From: a bacterium
GTDB lineage: Bacteria; JAHJDO01
Assembly: GCA_030652805.1 (NCBI GenBank)
Contig: JAUSPT010000032.1
Span: 109,992-173,991 of the forward strand
Direction: 5' to 3'
DNA length: 64,000 nt
Below the pieces are notes generated by a model. That model saw nothing but the letters and a program-made list of their open reading frames with translations, had not been told where the DNA came from and did not search any database. The position numbers and the translations under genes are program-made. Shown here one piece after another: positions 26,312 to 36,919 of this stretch. The stretch's first letter is position 1; every line of letters starts with the position of its first letter.

Positions 26312-28639
26312 CTATTGCGGAGGTCTAAACTTCTGGATTCTGCTATTGATAAGTTGACGTCTATTTCCAGTATCAGTTACATAAACATATCCTTTTGAGT
26401 CAAAAGCTATGCCGGTTGGTGAATTAAATTGACCGTCACCTCCCCCACGGCTTCCCCACTTAGTTATATAATTGCCGCTTGCATCAAAGACCTGAATCAT
26501 ATTTGCAGCACTAACTACAAACATATAGCCATTATTTATAGCTATTTTTTGCGGCCGCTGCCCAAGTCTACCGAACTTTAATAGAAAATTCCCTGCACTG
26601 TCAAACTTCTGAACATTGCCTAATTTATAATCCAGAGCATACACATTTCCTGATTCATCTGCTGCTACATCCCATATATAGCTAAACTGCGAATTGCCCG
26701 CGCCGCGTTTGCCCCAGGCAGTCAAATAGTTCCCATCTTTATCAAATTTTTGTATTCTGTAATGCCGGGTGTCTGCCACATAAACATTCCCCTCTTTATC
26801 TACTGCCACACCACGGGGTTGGTCAAGTTGACCTTTGCCATGCCCCCGCTTCCCAATGCTTGCAACCAACGTCCCTTCCGGACTAAACTTATTAATGGAA
26901 TATGTGGACATATTACAAATATAAACATTGCCCTCTTTATCAATATCAATATCCATTGGTCTGCCAATATCCTTATTCTGCCAGGCTGCCAAAAGATCCC
27001 CTTTGGGACTGAGTTTAAGGACACTGCTGTTTTGCTTGCCTACTGTATCTATTACATAAATATTATCTGAATTATCAATTGTTATACCCTGAATAAAATT
27101 TATCTGCGTATTCTGGCCAATAACACTATCAAATCTAAACAGTCCTCCTATTGGAATCTTCTTGCCGACAGGCCAAATCACTTTGTCTTTATCTACCTTA
27201 GCTAATTTCTCTTGCTTTTTCTGCTCCTTCTCCTCTACTCGTTCTTTAGGCTTTGCTTTTGCCTGCATTTCTGCTCTAATAATTCCCTCCATGGCAAGAC
27301 GTTTATACTCTCTGGCTTCTATATTGTCAGGAGAAAGCTCCAGAACAGCTTCAAAATTTTCTATGGCTAATTTGTATTCACCGGAATTTTGCGCGCCTAA
27401 GTTGAAATGTATCTTTCCCCTGGTAAGACTTGACTTTATCTTCTCTTCATTTTTCTTTCTCATCTCCACCAATCGCGAATCTTCTGCTTCAAGGACCTTT
27501 TTCTTTTCCGGCTCTTCTTCTTTAGTAACGACAGGTTTCTGCGATTCTATGTCTTTAGCGATTGTTTCTTCTACTTTCTTTTCCGCTGTTTTTACTTTAT
27601 CAATAGTGGACTTTTCAACAACATGCGGAGAAGGAATGTCTTTTTTGCCGGTACTTATTGCTATGTAAATACCAATAATTATAACCACTAACAAAACTGC
27701 TGGAACAATAGCCTTGATTGGTATCTTTGTTTTCTTAACAATATCCTTTGCCATAACAGTGACTCCTGCATCTCCAGGAATAGCTACCGTTTTGCCATCA
27801 GCTGTAGCAGGCTGACGAAGAAGCCTCTTAAGGAGTTGTATAACATCATTCATATCCTGATAACGCTGATTCTTATCTTTTTTCATGCACTTTAATACCA
27901 TTTCTTCTGTTTCAAGAGATATCTTGGGATTTTTAGCGCGCGGGCTGGGAATATCCTCATGCAGGTGTTTATAAGCAGTTGCAAATGGATCCTTGCCTTT
28001 AAAAGGGAGTTCCCCGGCTAACATGCGGTATGAGAGAACTCCAAAAGCATACATATCAGATTTGGAATCAACACCCGTGCCCTTGACCTGCTCAGGGGAC
28101 ATGTATTCCGGAGTTCCTATACTCATCCCTGTTTTGGTTTTAACGCTTGAATCCTGCACTTTGGCAATACCAAAATCCATTACCTTTATACTGCCGTCCG
28201 CTGCAATCATGATATTGCCGGGCTTAACATCGCGGTGAACAACTCCATGCTTATGAGCGTAGGAAAGAGCCATTCCAACCTGCTGCAGGATTTCTAAAGT
28301 AAAATCCAATGGAAGCGCTTTCTTTCTCTTTAACAACTCATCCAGTGTCTCGCCTTCAATGTACTCCATAATAATAAAATAATTGCCTTCCAACTGTTCA
28401 GTATCATATACTTGTATAATATTACGGTGATTCAGCTTGGCCACAGATAAAGCCTCCTGCTTGAACCTTGTTACAAAATCCTTATCTGAGGCTAGATTTT
28501 GAGGCAACATCTTCATAGCTACAGGACGATTAAGAGAAATCTGAATTCCCTTATACACAATCCCCATACCGCCTTCCCCAATCTTTTCTACAATCTTATA
28601 CTTGCCTACAATCTTCCCAACTAAATCTTCTTTTGACAT
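26312..28639 (-). CDS. Ser/Thr protein kinase with TM segment, TPR-like linker and C-terminal NHL-repeat beta-propeller
   Basis: GEGGMGIVYKG, VAMK, HRDVKPGNIM, DFGIAK, GTPEYMSPEQ. TM segment AIVPAVLLVVIIIGIYIAI. Repeated NHL units (P.GVAVDKEGNVYVADT...RIQKF). Confidence 0.92.
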   Translation of the reverse strand: MSKEDLVGKIVGKYKIVEKIGEGGMGIVYKGIQISLNRPVAMKMLPQNLASDKDFVTRFKQEALSVAKLNHRNIIQVYDTEQLEGNYFIIMEYIEGETLDELLKRKKALPLDFTLEILQQVGMALSYAHKHGVVHRDVKPGNIMIAADGSIKVMDFGIAKVQDSSVKTKTGMSIGTPEYMSPEQVKGTGVDSKSDMYAFGVLSYRMLAGELPFKGKDPFATAYKHLHEDIPSPRAKNPKISLETEEMVLKCMKKDKNQRYQDMNDVIQLLKRLLRQPATADGKTVAIPGDAGVTVMAKDIVKKTKIPIKAIVPAVLLVVIIIGIYIAISTGKKDIPSPHVVEKSTIDKVKTAEKKVEETIAKDIESQKPVVTKEEEPEKKKVLEAEDSRLVEMRKKNEEKIKSSLTRGKIHFNLGAQNSGEYKLAIENFEAVLELSPDNIEAREYKRLAMEGIIRAEMQAKAKPKERVEEKEQKKQEKLAKVDKDKVIWPVGKKIPIGGLFRFDSVIGQNTQINFIQGITIDNSDNIYVIDTVGKQNSSVLKLSPKGDLLAAWQNKDIGRPMDIDIDKEGNVYICNMSTYSINKFSPEGTLVASIGKRGHGKGQLDQPRGVAVDKEGNVYVADTRHYRIQKFDKDGNYLTAWGKRGAGNSQFSYIWDVAADESGNVYALDYKLGNVQKFDSAGNFLLKFGRLGQRPQKIAINNGYMFVVSAANMIQVFDASGNYITKWGSRGGGDGQFNSPTGIAFDSKGYVYVTDTGNRRQLINSRIQKFRPPQ

Positions 28640-28645
28640 AACTAA

Positions 28646-30619
28646 TCACCTATGTTTTTTAATTTGTTTTTTGGCTTTTATGTAATACTCATCGTCAGGA
28701 GACGCAATCTCCAGTACCTGCTTCCATTTTTCTACAGCTCTATTGATATTAATATCCTTAAGAGTGTATCCTTGAATGTATAATTCCCTGGCTTTCTCCT
28801 TTATATGAACCTGAAGCTCGTTAATGTTCTCCAGCGCTTCTTTATGATCAGGCTCTACTGTTAAGACAAACTGAAATTCCAAAAGAGCTTCCTTAAATTT
28901 TTCTTCCTGAACAAAATTCTTGCCTTTCTCCATGTGCTGATGAAGTGTTTCTATTAGATAAGGCCTCACTGTTTTAATATACTGGATAGCCTCTGCATGA
29001 TAGAAATTATCTCTGTCCTGTTCCAGAGAAAGCACCTGCCTCCACTCATCAACAGCTTTCATAAGCTGCTGACTGGCGGAAAAAGACATGCCTCTGTCAA
29101 ATGCCTGAGTAACATCCTTTACTTTATCCAGAAACTCCTGCGCCTCTGTATAATCTTTGTTTATATCTAAGACCATTTGCATTAACTCAATGGCTTGAGA
29201 AGCACTTCCTTTTTGATAGAGTTTCTTTGCCTCGTCAAAAAACTTTTCCGCTTTTTGCAGATCTCCAATCTGAGCTACCAATCTTTTGGCTTCATTGGCA
29301 TATTTAGATTGTGCAGATATTTTTTCTAGTTCTACTAAGGCATTCGCATAATTCCCTTTTTCAAAAAACTCCTTCCCTTTTTCAAAGTGTCTAAGAGACA
29401 GCAGCTTATGTTCAATAAGATTAAGCTTTTCCCTTATATGAGCGTATTCAGGTTTTAAATCGAGTGCATTATTTAACTCTGTCTGCGCTTTAAGGAGTTC
29501 CTCAGCAATGATATACTCATCTGCCAGTTTAAGAGCTTTTTGAATCTGGATTTCTTTCTTGGTCTTGTTAAAGTATTCTATTCCTCTGCTATTCTCAGGA
29601 TCCAGGCTCAATACTCTTTCAAACTGGCGCAGAGCATTTTCCCATTGAGCCTTTTGATAAAGTTCAAGACCTCGTGTAAGGTAGCGAGCAATCTCTTCAT
29701 CACCTCTTGATTTTTCCACATAGATCTGCGCATCAAGATTATCCGGATCCATCTGCAAAACTTTGTTAAAAACTTCAAGCGCTTTGATTTTTTGGTCTGC
29801 TTCGTGTAATTTTTTACCCTGTTTGATGAGATTTGCAACAGTATTATCTGAGACCTCAATTATGCCCCTCTTTTCCGGAGAACGAGTTGGAATAAGACTC
29901 ATGATCAATATAATAGCCAAGATGACGCCAAACCCAATTATTCCTAACCTTATGGGTGTTTTTTTCCATGCCTCCACAAGCAGCCCCGCCTCTGAACATG
30001 ACCCCTCTGTTACAAACTTCAGAACAAATTTCCCAACTTTAATTTCATCTCCTTTAGAGAGCGCTTTTTCCTTGATCTTATTATTATTAACAAAAGTCCC
30101 ATTGCTGCTTCCAAGGTCTGCTATTTTATATTGATTATTCTCCTTCTTAACTATGGCATGTTTTCGAGATACTGTCTCATTTTTAAGAACTATTTTATTT
30201 TCTTCAGCCCTGCCAATAGTCAATTCATCTTCGTCCAACTGATACTCCTCTTTAACTCTCGCCCCTTCCATTAACATCAGTCTATATTTTGGAGACGTAT
30301 AAGACCCGGGTGCCATTCTGGTTTTTTCTCCATCGTCACTTTTTAGTTCTAAACTATATTTCCCGATCTGAACAGTATCTCCTTCATTAATGGTCTCTTT
30401 TTCTATTTGTTCCCCATTTACAAAGACTCCATTGGCAGAGTTCAAATCCTGGATAGTCACATTCTCTGCCTTAATTTCTAATTGGGCATGTTGTCTTGAA
30501 ACACTCTTATCAGGAAGAACTATGCGGTTTCCTTCCTTTCTTCCAATGAGATATACTCCGTCTTCCAAAGATAACTCTTGAACTGATTTTTCGTTTTCTT
30601 TAATGATAAAAAATTTCAT
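28646..30619 (-). CDS. Double-FHA, single-TM, multi-TPR protein
   Basis: Two FHA domains (YLIGRKEGNRIVLPDKSVSRQHAQL...SANGVFVNG and LTIGRAEENKIVLKNETVSRKHAIV..SSNGTFVNN). TM segment LGIIGFGVILAIILIMSLI. About 400 aa of TPR-like repeats. Confidence 0.88.
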   Translation of the reverse strand: MKFFIIKENEKSVQELSLEDGVYLIGRKEGNRIVLPDKSVSRQHAQLEIKAENVTIQDLNSANGVFVNGEQIEKETINEGDTVQIGKYSLELKSDDGEKTRMAPGSYTSPKYRLMLMEGARVKEEYQLDEDELTIGRAEENKIVLKNETVSRKHAIVKKENNQYKIADLGSSNGTFVNNNKIKEKALSKGDEIKVGKFVLKFVTEGSCSEAGLLVEAWKKTPIRLGIIGFGVILAIILIMSLIPTRSPEKRGIIEVSDNTVANLIKQGKKLHEADQKIKALEVFNKVLQMDPDNLDAQIYVEKSRGDEEIARYLTRGLELYQKAQWENALRQFERVLSLDPENSRGIEYFNKTKKEIQIQKALKLADEYIIAEELLKAQTELNNALDLKPEYAHIREKLNLIEHKLLSLRHFEKGKEFFEKGNYANALVELEKISAQSKYANEAKRLVAQIGDLQKAEKFFDEAKKLYQKGSASQAIELMQMVLDINKDYTEAQEFLDKVKDVTQAFDRGMSFSASQQLMKAVDEWRQVLSLEQDRDNFYHAEAIQYIKTVRPYLIETLHQHMEKGKNFVQEEKFKEALLEFQFVLTVEPDHKEALENINELQVHIKEKARELYIQGYTLKDININRAVEKWKQVLEIASPDDEYYIKAKKQIKKHR

Positions 30620-31674
30620 CTTTTTCCCTCTGCTGATCCTTTTGCTAAATGTTCCTCTACCTGCTTTAGACGTTTTAGCACTGTTTTATGCCTCTCATCC
30701 TTTCTATCAGATATCAAAGCCATACATATTTTGAGCTCTTTTTTAACCTGTTTCCAATCTTTCACACGAATATCCTTTTCAGCTTCAAATTTATGAATGC
30801 GATATTCGCTGTCCAGGTATTCCTTAGCTTCCTTTAGATTCAGGAGCGTCTGATGGAAATAATCCGGCTTTGGCTCCAGATGTCTCTGATAAGCCAGAGA
30901 CTTTTGATATGCTTCAATTGCCTTATAGGTATTCTCATAACTTATCATGCGTTCATTATAAAGAGCTTCCCCGTATTTAAAAGCCTCTTTTGCTTTATCT
31001 CTAATATTCCCAACGGGTTCACCGGTTCCTCTATCAATTTTTTCTATTATCTGTGGTTTTTTAGCACTTGTCTCCCCCTGGCTTTTTTCGGAAGACTTGT
31101 GCCCTGGCAGAAGCACATAAATTAGACCGGATATTACAGCTGCTATGAGTATAATCTTTGTGATGTTTTTTTTAGCATAAGTTGGATTCTTTATATTGGC
31201 GAGGATTTTTTCTTTAGACTTTTGAGCTTTTTGGGAGATACTGGGTTCTGCTAGTACCTTTCTGGAGACAGGGGTAGGCACAGGTTTAATAGCGAAATAC
31301 TCGGTTTTTCCATCTTGCTCAGATATTTCCTCCCCGACTATCGTTGCACTGGTCTCTCCTGATGAATTAACCTGCTCAGGGATTACTTCAAAAGCGAGAC
31401 CAACTCCTCCAACTTCAATTTTATCACGATCCTTCAACTCCTGACGCGATACTTTCCTGTCATTTACCTTTGTGCCATTCTTGCTCTCCAGGTCAACCAA
31501 TATCAGTTTTTCATCTTCTAAAACTATCTTGGCATGATGACGAGAGACCGTATCATTTCCTTCCAATACAATATTATTATCCTGCACTCTTCCAATAGTA
31601 CAGGGTTCATTATCAAACTCAAAACATTCCCCTGCTTTTAACCCGTTCCTTATAGAGACCTTATATCCTGGCAT
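30616..31674 (-). CDS. FHA-domain, single-TM protein with TPR-like C-terminus
   Basis: CTIGRVQDNNIVLEGNDTVSRHHAKI..SKNGTKVND. TM segment IILIAAVISGLIYVLL. Overlaps neighbours on both sides. Confidence 0.85.
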   Translation of the reverse strand: MPGYKVSIRNGLKAGECFEFDNEPCTIGRVQDNNIVLEGNDTVSRHHAKIVLEDEKLILVDLESKNGTKVNDRKVSRQELKDRDKIEVGGVGLAFEVIPEQVNSSGETSATIVGEEISEQDGKTEYFAIKPVPTPVSRKVLAEPSISQKAQKSKEKILANIKNPTYAKKNITKIILIAAVISGLIYVLLPGHKSSEKSQGETSAKKPQIIEKIDRGTGEPVGNIRDKAKEAFKYGEALYNERMISYENTYKAIEAYQKSLAYQRHLEPKPDYFHQTLLNLKEAKEYLDSEYRIHKFEAEKDIRVKDWKQVKKELKICMALISDRKDERHKTVLKRLKQVEEHLAKGSAEGKR

Positions 31675-32023
31675 TAACCATATCTCCTATACGAACCTGA
31701 GCGCTACTAATGGTGTCAGAGGGAAGTTCCAGCACATGCCGTACGCTTCTTCCTCCAAAAGCCAGCCGAAATGGTTTTAACTGAGATATAGTCTTTACAA
31801 CACAATAATTCTTATCCATAAAAACCACATCAATCGGGAACCTCATAAACCACGTATGTATGGCTTTGCAGTTTTTAATCAGTAATCCCTCTCCAGAATC
31901 AAGTTTAGCGCGTCCAATCAGCCCCTTAGTTCTCATTTGCCATGTATCTGCAACAACCACTCGTTGTCCTAAAATCTGATTATTACCAAAACTGATCACT
32001 ATAGTTGTCTCTCTAGAATCCAC
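31661..32023 (-). CDS. DUF192 (COG1430) family protein
   Basis: RTKGLIGR..L..GEGLLI..CKAIHTWFMRFPIDVVFMD. Confidence 0.75.
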   Translation of the reverse strand: MDSRETTIVISFGNNQILGQRVVVADTWQMRTKGLIGRAKLDSGEGLLIKNCKAIHTWFMRFPIDVVFMDKNYCVVKTISQLKPFRLAFGGRSVRHVLELPSDTISSAQVRIGDMVNARI

Positions 32024-32930
32024 CCTGCAAAAGCTTTATAATGATAGGGCCAAAAAGCATTACAAAAACTGCTGGAAAGATAAATCCTACAAGGGGCAGC
32101 AGCATTTTTACCGGCGCCTGCATTGCTGTTTTCTCTGCTATCTGCATCCTCTTGGTCCGCATCTGATCAGATAAGACCCTGAGTATAGGCCCAAGACTTG
32201 TTCCCAGTTGATCTGCCTGTATAAGCGATGTGCAAATAGCAGAAAGATCCGGCATATTAACTCTGTCTGCCATTGCTTTTAAAGCGTCGCGCCTTGTTGA
32301 CCCAAGCTTAATCTGCTGCTGCATGTGAAAAAGCTCCTCTACAAGTGGGCCTGCTTTCATCTTGTCAACCACTTTATTAATAGCTGCTGAGAAATCCAAT
32401 CCTGCCTCTACTGAAAGAGTTATCAAGTCCAGGCTGTAAGGAAGGCCTCTCCAGATCCCTTTATGCCTTTTCTTAATCTGATCCTTCAACCATTGATCAG
32501 GATAGAAATAAGCAAGCATGAACAGGATAATGTAATACCAAGCAATTTCAATAGACAGCATCTTAAGTATTAAAAGCCCGACGATTGGCGCAAGTATTAA
32601 TAGTAATTCTTTTATAGCCAAAAATTCTAGAGCGCTTATAGCTCCTGGATTTCCAGCTGAGGTTAGTTTTTGCGTGATATTATTCTGATATTCTTTAAGC
32701 CCAAACCGCTCGTGCAATTTCGCTAGTTTCCCGACCCATGGCATTAAGAAGCGATATAATGGATAGGTACGCATAAACTTTTCTCTTTTTTTCTCCAGCT
32801 GACCTAACATATCCAGATCTATCGCCTCCTCTTCCTTCTTCTCAAATAACGAGAGTATTCCTGCGCCTATAAAATAGAAAGCTGTAAAAATAAAAATATA
32901 AATTAGTGCTAAAATTATTATACTACCCAT
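32013..32930 (-). CDS. tadC: Tad pilus platform protein TadC
   Basis: T2SSF-domain membrane protein (LPYSLDLITLSVEAGLDFSAAI). Paired with the tadB-like gene downstream of the CpaF gene. Confidence 0.85.
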   Translation of the reverse strand: MGSIIILALIYIFIFTAFYFIGAGILSLFEKKEEEAIDLDMLGQLEKKREKFMRTYPLYRFLMPWVGKLAKLHERFGLKEYQNNITQKLTSAGNPGAISALEFLAIKELLLILAPIVGLLILKMLSIEIAWYYIILFMLAYFYPDQWLKDQIKKRHKGIWRGLPYSLDLITLSVEAGLDFSAAINKVVDKMKAGPLVEELFHMQQQIKLGSTRRDALKAMADRVNMPDLSAICTSLIQADQLGTSLGPILRVLSDQMRTKRMQIAEKTAMQAPVKMLLPLVGFIFPAVFVMLFGPIIIKLLQGGF

Positions 32931-32935
32931 TTTCC

Positions 32936-32972
32936 CCTTTGTGCCTTTGTGCCTTTGCCACTTTGTTTCTTT
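32936..32972. repeat. Degenerate tandem octamers directly upstream of tadC
   Basis: ccttt GTGCCTTT GTGCCTTT GCCACTTT GTTTCTTT. On the gene strand this is AAAGGCAC repeats ending in the RBS aaggggaaaATG. Confidence 0.7.
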
Positions 32973-32975
32973 ATC

Positions 32976-33830
32976 CTAAACATCAATATTAACAATTTTA
33001 TAAATCAGGAATCCACCTATTAGCTCCAGGAAAACAACTGTTGCAAGAAACGCCCAGCCAATAGCAGAAGTAAACATTATCTTCATTGTTGCCGGGTCCA
33101 GAAAATACATTATTATGCCAAGTCCTATAGGAAGCAAACCTACTACCAATCCCTGCATCTTGCCCTGAGATGTGAGCGCAGCAATCTTGCCATGCATTTT
33201 ATCTCTCTCCCTTATTGTATTTGCAATTCTATCAAATATCTCAGAAAGATTACCCCCTAATTGCCTGGAGATATTAATTGAGGTGACAACCAATTCCATC
33301 TGTTCACTGGGCATTCTCTTTCCCAATCTTTTCAACGCTTCTTCCATTGAAACCCCTAACTTAGTAGACCGGATAACCAGACTAAATTCCTGAGACAAAG
33401 GAGCCTCAGATTCCTTAATTAAAAAATCCAGTGCTTGTTGCAGACTTAAACCTGCCTTAAGAGAATTTGACACCGTTGTTAAAGCCCCTGTTAATTGAGT
33501 GTCAAACTTTTTCTTGCGATTCTTCTTTAACTGTCTGAGATAAATTCTTGGCAGAGAGAATCCAACGGCTCCAAATGCTAAGCATATTAGCAAACTATGA
33601 CTGAGCAAGTAACCAACCATTGCCATAACTAGAACACCAAGAATACTAAAATAAGCAATCTTTTCTGCTGGAATAAAAACAAACATCTCATCCAGCTCTT
33701 TTTCAGTTCCTGCAGCTACTTTCTTTTCATACTGTTTAATTCCCTTCTTAAAAGTCTGATAACCTGCCTGCGCCAGTATAAACACTGCTAAAAATGTAAG
33801 CCCAAGTATTAATAGCTCAATTATCTGCAT
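32976..33830 (-). CDS. tadB: Tad pilus platform protein TadB
   Basis: T2SSF domain (LTGALTTVSNSLKAGLSLQQAL) and TM segments at both ends. Confidence 0.85.
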   Translation of the reverse strand: MQIIELLILGLTFLAVFILAQAGYQTFKKGIKQYEKKVAAGTEKELDEMFVFIPAEKIAYFSILGVLVMAMVGYLLSHSLLICLAFGAVGFSLPRIYLRQLKKNRKKKFDTQLTGALTTVSNSLKAGLSLQQALDFLIKESEAPLSQEFSLVIRSTKLGVSMEEALKRLGKRMPSEQMELVVTSINISRQLGGNLSEIFDRIANTIRERDKMHGKIAALTSQGKMQGLVVGLLPIGLGIIMYFLDPATMKIMFTSAIGWAFLATVVFLELIGGFLIYKIVNIDV

Positions 33831-35530
33831 TATTTTCCAGTCCTCTCTTCTTCAAATATCTTCATATCCAGGTGCATTCCCTTTGCTTCCAACTGAGGAA
33901 CAAAACTTGGAATATTGCCAGTAGCTACAAAAGTTCCCTGCACTTTACCATCCTGGCCAATTCCTGTTTGTTTGAAAACAAAAATATCCTGTAAAGTAAT
34001 GACTTCTCCCTCCATGCCTGTAACTTCAGTCACAGCAATAATCCTGCGGCTTCCGTCACTCAAACGAGACTCCTGAATTATTATGTTAATAGCTGAAGAT
34101 ACCTGTTCTCTGATAGCTCGGACAGGCAGATCCATACCTGACATTAAAACCATAGTTTCCAGACGCGAAAGAACATCACGAGGAGAATTGGCATGAGCAG
34201 TAGTAAGAGAGCCATCATGGCCAGTGTTCATAGCCTGAAGCATGTCCAGAGCCTCTCCACCCCTGCATTCTCCTACCACTATTCTATCAGGACGCATACG
34301 AAGAGCATTCTTTACCAGATCTCTAATAGCAATAGCTCCTTTGCCTTCAATATTTGGAGGCCGGGCTTCCAGAGAAACAACATGCTCCTGCGGTAGCTTA
34401 AGCTCTGCAGCATCCTCAATAGTTACTATTCTTTCGTCTTTAGGAATATAGGAAGACACTACATTAAGCAGTGTTGTCTTTCCTGATCCTGTTCCTCCTG
34501 ATATAATAATGTTCTTGCGTGAAAGCACACATATCTCAAGGAACTTCGCAGTATCTTTATTCAATGTTCCAAAACCTATCAAATCATCTATAGTAAAAGG
34601 AGTTTTGGAGAACTTGCGAATAGTTATACTTGGTCCTTTTAGAGCTAGAGGCGGAATGATCGCATTTACTCTGGATCCATCCTTTAATCTTGCATCTACC
34701 AGTGGCATGCTTTCATCTATTCTGCGGCCAATAGGCCCTACTATCCTCTCTATCACAGCCATAACCTGTTCATCGCTGGCAAAGGTTTTCTCGCAGAGCT
34801 GAAGCTTGCCTTTCTTTTCAATATAAATCTGATCCTTTCTGTTAACCATTATTTCTGTTACATCATCATCCTTTAACAGATCCTCCAGAGCTCCCAAACC
34901 CAGCGCTTCATCCAGCACGTCCTTTACCAAATCCTCTATATTCACCCGCTTAGGAATAGAGTCAGCCATTTCCTTAATTATGCCTCTGGTAGCTTTTTCA
35001 GTGCGGCTCCTGACTTCCTGCTCCTTTCCCTTTTCAAATGTTAAACTCTTTAAGTCAATACGCTGAATGAGCTGCTTATGAATTTTGATTCTTATATCAG
35101 AAAGCTGGCTAACCTTCCCTTTAGAAGCTGCTTTATCAGAAGGCATGGATGCAGGCGCTGGTACACGAACTTGTTTTACCTCTGTCTTTTCATCCTCATC
35201 TCTATCTTTTTTAGCTTCCTGCAACAAGCTGCCCTCAGAAATACCTGCATCTTCTAAAACCATGCTCAAGTGCCCTATTTTGACTTCTTCTCCCAGCGGC
35301 CAAAGCTCTTCCTTAGCTATTTTTTTCCCATTAAGATATGTGCCATTGCCACTGTCCAAATCTTTAATATATACCTGATTATCCTTCAGTCTGAGACTGG
35401 TATGATGTCTTGAAGCCCTTGGATCAGAAATCATCAAATCACAGTCTTTCTCCCTGCCAATGGTTACAGCTTCCCCCTCCAATTTAAAAATTCTTTCCTT
35501 ACCTGAAGCTTCTTTAATAACTATTCTCAT
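33830..35530 (-). CDS. cpaF: FHA-domain / CpaF(TadA) secretion ATPase fusion
   Basis: N-terminal FHA ([34 protein letters not shown]). A linker follows, then the CpaF core ([15 protein letters not shown] Walker [13 protein letters not shown] Walker [13 protein letters not shown] His box). Confidence 0.92.
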   Translation of the reverse strand: MRIVIKEASGKERIFKLEGEAVTIGREKDCDLMISDPRASRHHTSLRLKDNQVYIKDLDSGNGTYLNGKKIAKEELWPLGEEVKIGHLSMVLEDAGISEGSLLQEAKKDRDEDEKTEVKQVRVPAPASMPSDKAASKGKVSQLSDIRIKIHKQLIQRIDLKSLTFEKGKEQEVRSRTEKATRGIIKEMADSIPKRVNIEDLVKDVLDEALGLGALEDLLKDDDVTEIMVNRKDQIYIEKKGKLQLCEKTFASDEQVMAVIERIVGPIGRRIDESMPLVDARLKDGSRVNAIIPPLALKGPSITIRKFSKTPFTIDDLIGFGTLNKDTAKFLEICVLSRKNIIISGGTGSGKTTLLNVVSSYIPKDERIVTIEDAAELKLPQEHVVSLEARPPNIEGKGAIAIRDLVKNALRMRPDRIVVGECRGGEALDMLQAMNTGHDGSLTTAHANSPRDVLSRLETMVLMSGMDLPVRAIREQVSSAINIIIQESRLSDGSRRIIAVTEVTGMEGEVITLQDIFVFKQTGIGQDGKVQGTFVATGNIPSFVPQLEAKGMHLDMKIFEEERTGK

Positions 35531-35533
35531 TCA

Positions 35534-36892
35534 CTATTCTCCCTGCAGTAATTGCATAGCCTTTCCTGTTTTTTGGGCAGGAATAAAGGTCGGAGTAGTA
35601 GGAGTCACCAGAACTATAATCTGTTTCTTCTCCTTTTCTGCCTGCTTCTTGGAAAATAACAGCCCCAGTACTGGAATTTGCCCTATACCAGGAGTGTACT
35701 TTTTGAAATCTGAAGCAAGCACGTCTGTAACACCTGAAAGAATCACTGACTGGCCCGGTTTAATAACTACATCAGACTCAGAACGATAAACCTTAAGTCC
35801 TGTTCTATCCTCGACTGTAGGATCAACCTGACTGACCTCCAGATTGATATGCATAGTTACCTCTCCAAAACTGTCCACCTCCGGCTTAACCTTAAGCAAC
35901 ATTCCATACTTCTTCCATTTAACATCTGCAGAACCACTTCCTGCTACTTTATATCCAATTTCGCCTCCATGTTCAAAAACAGCTTCTCCGCCGCTTAATG
36001 CAGACTGATGCAAAGACTTCCTTATAGTAGCATTCCCCTTAGAATGAGTAAAATTTAATGCCTTGGTCAGGTTATATCCTATATTCCAGCTGGGTCCGGC
36101 TCCCCCTGTACTTGCAAGACCTGCTCCGCCAGCTAATGTGCCTCCAAGCAGATTCATTCCCATATCCTTTCCTGCTACAGCGTTTATTTCTGCAAATTGG
36201 ACATCTACTTCTATCATAACCTTTTTTACTTTTAGAAGATTGATAACGTTTTCAGCAAATGCGCCTGCTATTTTTTCAACCTCCTTGGACTCTTCTTCTC
36301 CCACTACAAAACCTCTCAGAATAACCCTGTTTCCAATAATCTTAACATTCACATTTGGGATCCCGATATTCTTTTTAATTTCCTCTGCCAGAATTTCATT
36401 ATGAATCCCAGTGCGTATCTTCACCAGATTTATTACCTCTGGGTATGCTGCAGCAACTTTTTCTACTCTTTCTTTATCAGAAGCAGTCAAAACGGATCCA
36501 TCAATAACCACTTTACCCCCGACTACCTTGACTTTTATTCCTTCTACATCGCTTAATAACTGACGAACTTCTTCAGCAAACTGCCTTGGGTCTCTTGAAA
36601 TAACATAGATAGCATGGGTAACTTTTTCCTCTTTGCTGTCCCATATAATAAGATCTGTAGTTCCAACTTTTATGCCTGTAATAATTATCTGCTCACCACC
36701 AGCAACCACCTGAACATTAGCTACTTTATCATCTCCAACTGAAACACGCGCCAACTTCTTCACATCCACTACCTGCTGCTGCCCAACAGAAACAGTAATC
36801 GCTTTCTGTCCATAGACAACGCTTCCCATAAATAGTATGCAGATCGCTGCTGTCCATACTCCGACCAATCCTGTCTTTTGCTTAGTGTTCAT
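35534..36892 (-). CDS. cpaC: Tad secretin CpaC/RcpA
   Basis: Signal peptide, pilus N-terminal domain (ITVSVGQQQVVDV...VGTTDLIIWD), BON-like repeats, secretin core (GIGQIPVLGLLFS....IIVLVTPT). Confidence 0.9.
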   Translation of the reverse strand: MNTKQKTGLVGVWTAAICILFMGSVVYGQKAITVSVGQQQVVDVKKLARVSVGDDKVANVQVVAGGEQIIITGIKVGTTDLIIWDSKEEKVTHAIYVISRDPRQFAEEVRQLLSDVEGIKVKVVGGKVVIDGSVLTASDKERVEKVAAAYPEVINLVKIRTGIHNEILAEEIKKNIGIPNVNVKIIGNRVILRGFVVGEEESKEVEKIAGAFAENVINLLKVKKVMIEVDVQFAEINAVAGKDMGMNLLGGTLAGGAGLASTGGAGPSWNIGYNLTKALNFTHSKGNATIRKSLHQSALSGGEAVFEHGGEIGYKVAGSGSADVKWKKYGMLLKVKPEVDSFGEVTMHINLEVSQVDPTVEDRTGLKVYRSESDVVIKPGQSVILSGVTDVLASDFKKYTPGIGQIPVLGLLFSKKQAEKEKKQIIVLVTPTTPTFIPAQKTGKAMQLLQGE

Positions 36893-36919
36893 GTTTTTTC
36901 CTCCTTGTTTTTGTTTTAA

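Noticed and set aside
26750-28238. ORFs of 74-168 aa overlapping the kinase-NHL gene
   Set aside because: They are antisense or alternative-frame products inside a well-supported 775-aa gene. Their sequences are low-complexity (for example FFFSGSSS).
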